Source: a virus
Strand: one strand, 5' to 3'
Virus record (IMG/VR): IMGVR_UViG_3300045988_115891
Span: 1 to 35,841 of that record
Length of the DNA: 35,841 bases
In this document: positions 7,203 to 14,657 of the stretch, piece after piece
Numbering within the stretch: position 1 is the stretch's first letter
Layout: each line of letters begins with the position of its first letter
Made by a program: the position numbers and the translations under genes
Notes under the pieces: model-generated
What the model was told of the DNA's origin: nothing
Database searches by the model: none
Seen by the model: the letters and a program-made list of their open reading frames with translations, nothing else

Positions 7203-7319
7203 TAAATCATAACGAGTAAAGCAATGGGTTTCATATTTTTTACTCCTTTCTTATTTGTTTCACGGCGTTATTAAGAGTAGTGGCTTAATGACGGCGACAA
7301 CTTAATAACGCCCGAAAAG

Positions 7320-7357
7320 CCGCTTACTGTCCCACTACGACAGCAGGCGGTTTTTTT
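7320..7357 (+). terminator. intrinsic terminator/attenuator between the promoter at 7174 and the primase zinc-finger gene
   Basis: Stem 7320..7331 / 7339..7350 (11 bp, one mismatch), 7-nt loop, then T7 at 7351..7357. Confidence 0.7.
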
Positions 7358-7380
7358 GCACCGAAAAGGAGGAATACGGT

Positions 7381-7947
7381 GTGATTTACGAGTACATAGC
7401 GGAAGAAATCAAAGCACGGGTTAAAATAGGCGATGTGCTTTTTATGTATGGCTTTTCGGCAAGCCCAAACAGCAAAAAGAGAATACCCTGCCCGTTGCAT
7501 AACGGCAAGGATAACAATTTTAGTTTTACGGACAAAATATATCACTGCTGGGTCTGCGGAGAACACGGTGATGTGATAAGCCTTGTTTGCAAGCTATTCG
7601 GCTTATCTTTTGCCGAAGCTTGCGTAAAGATAAATCTTGATTTCGGGCTTGGCTTGCCGTGCGGAGAGAAAATGTCGTTGCGTGATAAATACAGACTTGA
7701 CAAAAAGGCAAAAGAACGCAAGGCAATAGCTCTTGCAGAAAAAGCAGAAACCGAACGAATTAACAATGAATTTTGGGATGCCTTGCACGAGTGGAGCAGG
7801 CTTGACAGACAGTTTCGTGAACATAAACCAAAATCGCCCGATGAGCCATTACACCCGTTATTTGTAGAAGCGTTGCAGAAAATCGGCTATGCCGAATATA
7901 GACTTGACATAGCAGAAATGAGGAAAAACAAAAATGATGGACGATAA
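7381..7947 (+). CDS. CHC2 (DnaG-type) primase zinc-finger protein
   Basis: GTG start 8 nt after AAGGAGG. Motif CPLHNGKDNNFSF...YHCWVCGEHGDVISL is the CHC2 zinc-finger signature. Confidence 0.75.
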   Translation: MIYEYIAEEIKARVKIGDVLFMYGFSASPNSKKRIPCPLHNGKDNNFSFTDKIYHCWVCGEHGDVISLVCKLFGLSFAEACVKINLDFGLGLPCGEKMSLRDKYRLDKKAKERKAIALAEKAETERINNEFWDALHEWSRLDRQFREHKPKSPDEPLHPLFVEALQKIGYAEYRLDIAEMRKNKNDGR

Positions 7948-9403
7948 CCGCATACAGACTATCACCGCTCCCGAGCAGCTATTTGACACAGAGTTGCTTC
8001 TTGATGTGTTCGATGAGGGAAATCCGCCCGAAGAGCAGGCAAGAATTGTGTCTGTGATGAGCATAAAAGCAAGAATGCTCGGCGTGTACAAAGAGTTTGC
8101 GACAACGATAAAAGCGTTTCAGAAAGCGCAACAAAAGTTAGCTAACGAATATCAGCGGATAAATGCAAAGCAGAACGGCGGTATGATTTTAGACTTTGCG
8201 AGTGACGGAAAACCGCTTGCAACGATTGACAATTTTGTGCAGGTAATCGAAAACGACAGCAAGTTTGATAATCTGCGGTTTAATCTGCTGACAGAAAGCC
8301 CCGAAAAAATAATTGACGGCAAAGCGGAGCGTTGGACAGATGCGGACGATGCAGAATTACGGCGGTACATAGAAAAGAAGTATAAGTTCCACTCGGCGCA
8401 GAAAAGCGATGATGCGTTGAGGATAGTCCTCAAAGGTAGACAGTATCACCCGATAAGGCAGATGATAGACCGCTTTGAGTGGGACGGCGTAAGCAGGATA
8501 AACACATTCCTCACGAAATGGACGAAATGCGATGATAACGAGTATACACGAGAAGTATCACGTTTAATCTTTTCGGGCGGTATACATCGGCTGTATAATC
8601 CCGGCTGTAAATTTGACGATATGGCGGTTTTCATCGGCACAAGGCAGGGAGAAGGCAAGTCAACGCTGATACGGTGGTTAGCTTTAGACGATAAGTATTT
8701 TACAGAGGTTTCCGAGTTTGACGGTCAGAGGGGTATAGAAGCCCTTGAGGGAGCGTGGATTTGTGAAGTAGGTGAAATGCTTGCTATGGTAAAAGTACAG
8801 CAGCAGGAAGCGGTTAAAGCATATCTGACACGCATTAACGATAAGTACCGCAAGCCATTTGATAAGCGTGTGACAGAACACCCTCGGCAGTGTATCTTCA
8901 TCGGTACTACAAACAAAGCGCAGTTTCTCACTGACAAGACAGGCAACCGCAGATTTTACCCTGTTGTCGTACATCAATCGGGATATGACCTGTTTGAACA
9001 CGAAGAAGAAATCAAAGCAGATATAAAGCAGTGCTGGGCTGAAGCGTTGCACTTGTTCAAAGAAAACAAACTTCTGCCGTATGCCGACCGCAAACTGATT
9101 GATGTTATCCGCAAGGAACAGGCAAACGCTGTTGAAGATGATTACCGTATCGGTATGATTACCGAGTACTTGAATAGCAAGTCAGAGGTGTGTGTTTTGC
9201 AGATATGGCAACACGCTTTAAATATGGGCGAGTTTTCCAAGCCGACAAAAAAAGATAGTCAAGAAATCGGCTTGATAATGCAGAACCTTGAAAACTGGAA
9301 AAAACAGCCGTATCCGAAAACTTTCGCAGGGTTCGGCTCACAGCGTTGGTGGCGCAAAGAGGGCTGTGCGGACATAGATAGTTTTGATGATATAGACCTT
9401 TAA
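7934..9403 (+). CDS. VirE / D5-like primase-helicase (P-loop NTPase)
   Basis: Walker A GTRQGEGKST and a downstream FIGTTN...NRRFYPV pattern typical of VirE-family replication proteins. It is 489 aa and overlaps the upstream zinc-finger gene by 14 nt. Confidence 0.75.
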   Translation: MMDDNRIQTITAPEQLFDTELLLDVFDEGNPPEEQARIVSVMSIKARMLGVYKEFATTIKAFQKAQQKLANEYQRINAKQNGGMILDFASDGKPLATIDNFVQVIENDSKFDNLRFNLLTESPEKIIDGKAERWTDADDAELRRYIEKKYKFHSAQKSDDALRIVLKGRQYHPIRQMIDRFEWDGVSRINTFLTKWTKCDDNEYTREVSRLIFSGGIHRLYNPGCKFDDMAVFIGTRQGEGKSTLIRWLALDDKYFTEVSEFDGQRGIEALEGAWICEVGEMLAMVKVQQQEAVKAYLTRINDKYRKPFDKRVTEHPRQCIFIGTTNKAQFLTDKTGNRRFYPVVVHQSGYDLFEHEEEIKADIKQCWAEALHLFKENKLLPYADRKLIDVIRKEQANAVEDDYRIGMITEYLNSKSEVCVLQIWQHALNMGEFSKPTKKDSQEIGLIMQNLENWKKQPYPKTFAGFGSQRWWRKEGCADIDSFDDIDL

Positions 9404-9407
9404 CGGC

Positions 9408-9683
9408 GAAAATCACTACAAAGCACCCCGAAAATCTACTTTGTAGTGGACTTTGTAGAGGACTTAGTAGAGGTCACAAAACCGCTCTACAAAGCCATTT
9501 TCCCTTAGTTAAACTACAAACTCTACAATAAATTGAGTATTTATATAAAATAGGGAATAAAAAATAAAAATGTATTTTTATATTTTATGCAAACTTTGTA
9601 GAGTTTGTAGTGATTTTCCGAAAAACCGCATAGCAAAGCCAAAAACAAGCACTACAACGAAAAAACTACATTGTAGTTTGTAG
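9408..9683. repeat. array of CTACAAA / TTTGTAG heptamers with nested inverted repeats around a 67-bp A/T-rich core (candidate origin or operator array)
   Basis: CTACAAA-type heptamers at 9416, 9436, 9487, 9514, 9523, 9652 and 9666. TTTGTAG-type at 9440, 9452, 9464, 9595, 9604, 9670 and 9677. A perfect 12-bp IR pairs 9408..9419 with 9607..9618. Confidence 0.85.
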
Positions 9684-9700
9684 AGAAAGAAGCTGAAACA

Positions 9701-9904
9701 ATGGAACGTAAAGAATTTTTGCTGATATGTCAGAAAAATGCTATAAGCGGCGATGAGCTTGTAACGTATGACGGCGTGAAATACCGCCCGATAAGCTATG
9801 CAATACGTTTTGATAAGCTCGGCAAGGCAAAGCATACGGCAGTTTTGCACTCTGTGAAAGCCGATAGCATTTTAAACGTCAGCCTTGAAGATGTCGAGCC
9901 GTAA
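9701..9904 (+). CDS. hypothetical protein (67 aa)
   Basis: ORF-track ORF with a purine-rich RBS (AGAAAGAAG). Confidence 0.5.
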   Translation: MERKEFLLICQKNAISGDELVTYDGVKYRPISYAIRFDKLGKAKHTAVLHSVKADSILNVSLEDVEP

Positions 9905-9907
9905 ATC

Positions 9908-9936
9908 TTGACATTTTCTCGGCGAAACGGTATAAT
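9908..9936 (+). promoter_or_regulatory. sigma-A type promoter TTGACA-17-TATAAT
   Basis: TTGACA 9908..9913, 17-bp spacer, TATAAT 9931..9936. Confidence 0.75.
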
Positions 9937-9983
9937 AAAACTATGAAAAAAGACAAGAAGCGAGTGTCGAATAGGAGGAAACA

Positions 9984-10514
9984 TTGAAAATCACTGAAAT
10001 AAGCGTAAAGGATTTGAAGCCTTACGCTAAGAACACGAAGAAGCACGATAAAACGCAGATTGCAAACGTGGCAGAGAGTATCAAGCAGTACGGTTTTGTC
10101 CAGCCGATAGTCGTTGATAAGGATAACAGTATTGTCATCGGGCATTGCAGATATGAAGCGGCGAAGAAGCTGAAGCTTGAAACCGTTCCCTGCGTTTGCG
10201 TTGATGAACTGACAGACGAACAGATAAAGGCTCTGCGAATTGTTGACAACAAGAGTAACGAAAGCCCGTGGGATATGGAGTTTCTTGCAGACGAGCTTGC
10301 GGAAATTGATATGAACGAATTTGATTTTGATTTTGGAATTAATGCAGTTGATGAGAACGATATTCCAGATGTCGAAGAAAAAGAATTAAAGCCGTACAAG
10401 AAAGTGCATTATTTGATCACGCTTGACATAAACGAAAACGATAAAGTTATAGACTTGATAAAGCAGATTGAAAGCGTGGGGGGGGGCGTAGAAGTTGACA
10501 GTACACTCAATTAA
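9984..10514 (+). CDS. ParB-like N-terminal (ParBc/sulfiredoxin-fold) domain protein
   Basis: TTG start 5 nt after AGGAGG. The sequence ISVKDLKPYAKNTKKH...IKQYGFVQPIVVDKDNSIVIGHCRYEAA is the ParB N-domain pattern. No HTH is evident. Confidence 0.7.
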   Translation: MKITEISVKDLKPYAKNTKKHDKTQIANVAESIKQYGFVQPIVVDKDNSIVIGHCRYEAAKKLKLETVPCVCVDELTDEQIKALRIVDNKSNESPWDMEFLADELAEIDMNEFDFDFGINAVDENDIPDVEEKELKPYKKVHYLITLDINENDKVIDLIKQIESVGGGVEVDSTLN

Positions 10515-11040
10515 AACAGACAACGCAAACCTCTCTCACAAGGTGTATCTGCGCAGAAAAGCAACGAAAGGCTTAAAAGAACTTTGTGTGTTGGATTGCT
10601 TTGCAGGCGAAAATCGTATATGGGGTAACTTCGATTGCAAAAAGTATTACGGTATAGAAAAAGTTAAAGGCAAGGGTAAAAACTTAAACGCCGACAACGA
10701 AAGAGTTTTAAAAAGTTTAGATTTGTCAAAATTTAACGTGATAGATTTAGACAGCTATGGTATCCCGGTTGCAAGTTTTTTGAACATATTTGAAAATCCG
10801 ACACTGAAAAAAGGAACTGTGATTATTTACACTTGCATAGGGAACGCAATGTCAGCACTCCCGAAAGGCTTGGTAAAATCGTTTGGTCTTACAAAAATGT
10901 ATCCGAAATGCCCCTCGCTCTTTAACAAAAGAGGTCACGACTTGTTTTACGGTTTGCTTTATGAGTACGGCGTGAGAAAAGTAACTGAGTACCGTGCTGA
11001 TACCAGTTTTGAAAAAACTTACGGCTTCTTCGTTTTTTAG
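10495..11040 (+). CDS. small class-I SAM-methyltransferase-fold protein
   Basis: Motif I-like VLDCFAGEN and a TRM1-like VIDLDSYG motif. It has a TTG start and overlaps the ParB-like gene by 20 nt. Confidence 0.5.
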   Translation: MTVHSIKTDNANLSHKVYLRRKATKGLKELCVLDCFAGENRIWGNFDCKKYYGIEKVKGKGKNLNADNERVLKSLDLSKFNVIDLDSYGIPVASFLNIFENPTLKKGTVIIYTCIGNAMSALPKGLVKSFGLTKMYPKCPSLFNKRGHDLFYGLLYEYGVRKVTEYRADTSFEKTYGFFVF

Positions 11041-11050
11041 CTTAAAAGTG

Positions 11051-11079
11051 TTGACTTTTGTGCTAAATAGTGATATAAT
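11051..11079 (+). promoter_or_regulatory. sigma-A type promoter TTGACT-17-TATAAT
   Basis: TTGACT 11051..11056, 17-bp spacer, TATAAT 11074..11079. Confidence 0.7.
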
Positions 11080-11132
11080 AATAATGTAGCAGAAAGCTAC
11101 GAAAATCACATTGATTAAAGGAGAAAAAAGTT

Positions 11133-11915
11133 ATGTCGATGATTTATGAACCCGCAGGAAAAGCAAGAGAGTACAGTCCTCTCGCACTCAACGTTTATTT
11201 AGGTTGTAGTCACAAATGCGAGTATTGTTACGCAAATGCGATGGCAAGAAGGAACGGAAACAGTTGTTATTTTGGAAATCCAAGCCCAAGAGCAAAGGTT
11301 CTTGAAACGCTTCCGAAAGAGCTTAAAAAGTGCAAAAGAGAACAGGTGCTTCTTTCGTTTATCGGTGATGCTTATTGCGAAACAACAGACGATAACGCAC
11401 TTACACGTTCTGTTCTTGAAATGCTTCTTGAAGCTAAAATGCCCGTTGCAGTTCTTACAAAAGGTGGAAAGCGTTGCCTTAAAGACCTTGACCTTTTTAA
11501 GCGCTTCGGCGAGCATATTCAGATAGGCGCAACACTTACGTTTGATAATGACGCTGATTCGCTCAAGTGGGAAAGCGGTGCGGCACTCCCGTCAGAAAGA
11601 CTTGAAACGCTTAAGATTTTGCACGATAACGGAATTAGAACATTTGTAAGCTTTGAACCTGTTATCGTTCCCGAGCAGAGTTTGCGTCTTATGGAGCAAA
11701 GCCTTGATTTTGTAGATGTTTATAAGGTCGGAAAGCTTAACAACTACAGAGGTCTTGACAAAGCTATAAACTGGACTGATTTTCTTGAGAAAACAGTAAA
11801 GCTTTTAAGAGAAAACAAAAAATCATTTTATATCAAACACGATTTAAGACTTGCCGCTCCGACCGTTAGACTTTACGGAAACGAAGTCCTTGCGGACGAA
11901 CACAATGTCCAGTAA
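11133..11915 (+). CDS. radical SAM enzyme, spore-photoproduct-lyase/DNA-repair-photolyase-like (COG1533-type)
   Basis: N-terminal LNVYLGCSHKCEYCYA contains the CxxxCxxC cluster in the context typical of SplB-like radical SAM proteins. RBS AAAGGAG. Confidence 0.65.
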   Translation: MSMIYEPAGKAREYSPLALNVYLGCSHKCEYCYANAMARRNGNSCYFGNPSPRAKVLETLPKELKKCKREQVLLSFIGDAYCETTDDNALTRSVLEMLLEAKMPVAVLTKGGKRCLKDLDLFKRFGEHIQIGATLTFDNDADSLKWESGAALPSERLETLKILHDNGIRTFVSFEPVIVPEQSLRLMEQSLDFVDVYKVGKLNNYRGLDKAINWTDFLEKTVKLLRENKKSFYIKHDLRLAAPTVRLYGNEVLADEHNVQ

Positions 11916-11925
11916 ATTGTTTTAT

Positions 11926-11956
11926 AGCGGTGGGCTTATAGCCTGCCGCTTTTTTA
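11926..11956 (+). terminator. intrinsic terminator after the radical SAM gene
   Basis: 10-bp stem 11926..11935 / 11941..11950 (two G-U pairs), 5-nt loop, then TTTTT. Confidence 0.6.
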
Positions 11957-11976
11957 TTTTAGGAGGAAAAATCACA

Positions 11977-12105
11977 GTGACGATTGACGAAGCAAAGGAA
12001 ATCATCAGAAAAACGAAAAGCCCGTATCTGAAAAGAGATATGGAGAAGTTTATTAAACGCACTCAGAAAAAGCTAAAAGAAAAAGTTTTGCAGAAAGGAG
12101 ATTAA
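11977..12105 (+). CDS. small basic protein (42 aa, GTG start)
   Basis: GTG lies 8 nt after AGGAGG. The track ORF start at 11851 would overlap the radical SAM gene and span the terminator. Confidence 0.4.
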   Translation: MTIDEAKEIIRKTKSPYLKRDMEKFIKRTQKKLKEKVLQKGD

Positions 12106-12108
12106 ACA

Positions 12109-12453
12109 ATGCCAAATGCACAGAATTTAAAGCCAGGAGCTTACAAGCTGTCAAAGGAAGAAATGGCGAAAGGTGGAAGAAACTCACATAAAAAGATGAG
12201 GGAGCGAAAGCTCCTTCGTGAGTGCCTTTCCGAACTTTTGCAGATGGAATATGACACGAAGCAAGGAAAGAAACTCGGCAGTGAAATGTTGTCGGCGATG
12301 CTGATGAAAAAAGCGATGAGCGGAGACATCAAGGCTTTTGAGGTTCTCCGTGACACAGCAGGAGAAAAGCCAGTTGATAAAGTTATGGTCGCAGATGTTG
12401 AAAAGACTATCATTGACGAAGTGGAAAAAATGGTAAAAGATGAAACCGATTGA
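12109..12453 (+). CDS. putative terminase small subunit
   Basis: 114 aa with a basic N-terminus, upstream of TerL. RBS AAAGGAG. The call rests on position and general resemblance only. Confidence 0.45.
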   Translation: MPNAQNLKPGAYKLSKEEMAKGGRNSHKKMRERKLLRECLSELLQMEYDTKQGKKLGSEMLSAMLMKKAMSGDIKAFEVLRDTAGEKPVDKVMVADVEKTIIDEVEKMVKDETD

Positions 12454-13408
12454 ATTATGGCACGGTGATTGTCTTGAATTGATGAAAGATATTCCTGATG
12501 GCTCGGTGGATTTGGTGCTGACTGACCCGCCGTATGGCACTACAGCTTGCAAATGGGATAGCGTTATTCCTTTTGAGCCGATGTGGGAACAGTTGAAACG
12601 CATTGTAAAAAGAGGAGGTACAATTGTTCTCTTTGGTAGCGAGCCTTTTTCAAGCCTGTTAAGAGCAAGCAATATTGACTGGTACAAATACGACTGGATT
12701 TGGGAGAAAGAACAAAGTTCAGGCGGATTGCAAGCCAAAATTGCACCGATGAAAAAGCACGAAAATATAAGTGTGTTTTTTCAAACGCCAACAGACGATA
12801 CAACAAATGCCTATCAATCTTTGAAAGAGTATTTTCAGTCCGAAAAGAAAAAAAGCGGGTTAAACTCAAAACAAATTAAAGAGTTGCTCGGTAACTATAT
12901 GGCACGCCATTATTTCACAAATGGGTCGCAGTTTTGCATACCATCGGAAGAAAACTATAAAAAACTGCAAAGCACAGGATTTTTTCAGACTCCATTTGAA
13001 GAAATAAAAAAGCAATATAAAGAAGATTGCCAAAACACATACAATCCGCAAATGATGGTTGGTAAACCATACAAAGGTCATTTTGCACCAGGCGCAGAGG
13101 TGCATGGAAAGGCAACTCATTATGTAAAAGATAATGACGGCATAAGATACCCTACAAGCGTTTTAAGGTTTAATAGGGCAAAAAGGTTGCACCCAACACA
13201 AAAGCCAGTTGACTTGCTTGAATATCTTATCCGTACATACACTAATGAGGGAGAAACTGTCCTTGACTTCACAATGGGAAGCGGTAGCACTGGCGTCGCT
13301 TGCGTGAACACTAATCGCCGCTTTATCGGCATTGAACTTGATGAGGGATATTTCAACACCGCAAAAAAGAGGATTGAGGAAGCCTATGACAAGAGAACAA
13401 GCGGTTAA
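12440..13408 (+). CDS. beta-class N4/N6 DNA methyltransferase
   Basis: Motif IV DLVLTDPPYG lies near the N-terminus. HPTQKPVDLL and motif I FTMGSGSTGVAC lie near the C-terminus, the circular-permutation order of the N-4/N-6 MTase family. Confidence 0.85.
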   Translation: MKPIELWHGDCLELMKDIPDGSVDLVLTDPPYGTTACKWDSVIPFEPMWEQLKRIVKRGGTIVLFGSEPFSSLLRASNIDWYKYDWIWEKEQSSGGLQAKIAPMKKHENISVFFQTPTDDTTNAYQSLKEYFQSEKKKSGLNSKQIKELLGNYMARHYFTNGSQFCIPSEENYKKLQSTGFFQTPFEEIKKQYKEDCQNTYNPQMMVGKPYKGHFAPGAEVHGKATHYVKDNDGIRYPTSVLRFNRAKRLHPTQKPVDLLEYLIRTYTNEGETVLDFTMGSGSTGVACVNTNRRFIGIELDEGYFNTAKKRIEEAYDKRTSG

Positions 13409-14654
13409 ATTTTTGCTTGAACAGCCTGCAAAATTCGGGGCGATGATAGGATTCGACAAGCTGACCGATTTGCACAACAAATGGATAATCGAGATGATAA
13501 GAGGTGACGGCGACAAGACTTTGCAAGCCCACCGTAACTCTTATAAAACAACCTGCGTTTCAATTGCCCTTGCGATAATTATTATTCTGCTTCCGACACG
13601 CCGAACAATGTTTATGCGTAAAACGGATTCGGACATAAAGGAAATCGTTAAGCAGGTACAGAAGATATTGCAAGACGAACATACAATATATTTTGTCCAG
13701 TCGATATACGGCGTTAATCTGAAATTGACGGTTGCAACGGCGACAGAAGTTTCAACGAATTTAAGCGTTGACACAAAAGGTACATCGCAGCTTGTCGGCA
13801 CTGGTTGCGGCGGCTCGATAACTGGTAAGCATTTTGACTTTATCTTCACGGACGATATTGTCAACGTGCAAGACCGAGTATCGAAAGCCGAGCGTGACAG
13901 GACGAAGCTGATTTATCAAGAGTTGCAGAATATCAAAAACAGGGGCGGCAGAATATTTAACACAGGCACTCCGTGGCACGCAGACGATTGTTTTACGATT
14001 ATGCCAACTCCCGAAGTTTATGACTGCTATTCAACAGGGCTTCTCACCGCCGAGCAGATAGAGGAGAAAAAGCAGTCAATGACCGCTTCCCTGTTTGCCG
14101 CAAACTATGAGTTAAGGCATATCGCCGCTGAGGACGTTATTTTCACAAGTCCACAGATAAATGCGGAGCCTTGCAACGTTGAACAGGGCGAAGGACATAT
14201 TGATGCCGCTTACGGCGGTGAAGATTACACTGCGTTTTCTATCGTTCGAAAAACAGACGGCAAGTATTACGTTTTAGGCAAGCTGTGGCGAAAGCACATT
14301 GACGATTGCCTTGATGAAATCCAGTCGCTCCGGCAAGCGTTTAATGCAGGAAAGATTTTTTGTGAAGATAACGGCGATAAGGGATATTTGGCAAAAGAAC
14401 TCCGCAGGCGTGGCGAAAGAGCCGTTCTGTATCACGAAAATATGAATAAATTTCTGAAAATCACGTCCTATCTGAAAGCAGAGTGGAACAACGTGATTTT
14501 TGTTGCAGGAACGGACAAAGAGTTTATCAATCAGATTTGCGACTATAACGAAAATGCGGAACACGATGACGCACCCGATAGTGTCGCAAGCCAGATAAGA
14601 AGGTTATGGAATAAAAAAGATACGGTATCAACGTATCAATCAATTTTGAGGTGA
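13386..14654 (+). CDS. terL: terminase large subunit
   Basis: Deviant Walker A HRNSYKTT, Walker B FDFIFTDDIV, coupling motif NTGTPWH, and nuclease acidic motifs IDAAYGGED, CEDNGDKG and HDDAPDS. ATG at 13386 follows GAGGAAG. Confidence 0.85.
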   Translation: MTREQAVKFLLEQPAKFGAMIGFDKLTDLHNKWIIEMIRGDGDKTLQAHRNSYKTTCVSIALAIIIILLPTRRTMFMRKTDSDIKEIVKQVQKILQDEHTIYFVQSIYGVNLKLTVATATEVSTNLSVDTKGTSQLVGTGCGGSITGKHFDFIFTDDIVNVQDRVSKAERDRTKLIYQELQNIKNRGGRIFNTGTPWHADDCFTIMPTPEVYDCYSTGLLTAEQIEEKKQSMTASLFAANYELRHIAAEDVIFTSPQINAEPCNVEQGEGHIDAAYGGEDYTAFSIVRKTDGKYYVLGKLWRKHIDDCLDEIQSLRQAFNAGKIFCEDNGDKGYLAKELRRRGERAVLYHENMNKFLKITSYLKAEWNNVIFVAGTDKEFINQICDYNENAEHDDAPDSVASQIRRLWNKKDTVSTYQSILR

Positions 14655-14657
14655 TTT

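Noticed and set aside
7203-7250. A minus-strand mini-ORF (MKPIALLVMI, 10 aa) with a perfect AAAGGAG RBS, inside the primase leader.
   Set aside because: It is too short, with no evident minus-strand promoter. The RBS-like sequence is more simply read as an anti-SD-like CUCCUUU element in the + strand leader RNA.
9563-9676. A small + strand ORF (MYFYILCKLCRV..., 37 aa) and minus ORF 9578..9850 within the first iteron array.
   Set aside because: There is no usable RBS. The peptide sequence is just the translated repeat (CKLCRVCS comes from TTTGTAG repeats). The minus ORF runs antisense into gene 9701..9904.
9404-9700. The repeated regions at 9404..9700 and 20240..20460, considered as CRISPR arrays or as MITE-type mobile elements.
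   Set aside because: Against CRISPR: the repeats are 7-mers in both orientations with irregular spacing, there is no 25-40 bp repeat/spacer periodicity, and there are no cas genes. Against a MITE: homology and heptamers extend well outside the 17-bp inverted repeats, and no target-site duplication is visible.
10478-10486. A G9 homopolymer at the 3' end of the ParB-like gene. I considered it as a slippage tract that could fuse the ParB domain to the downstream MTase-fold protein.
   Set aside because: In the MTase frame a TAG (10489..10491) lies between the G-run and the TTG start, so a 1-nt slip cannot create a fusion. Slippage would change only the last ~10 residues of the ParB-like protein. 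It may just be a G-rich RBS.
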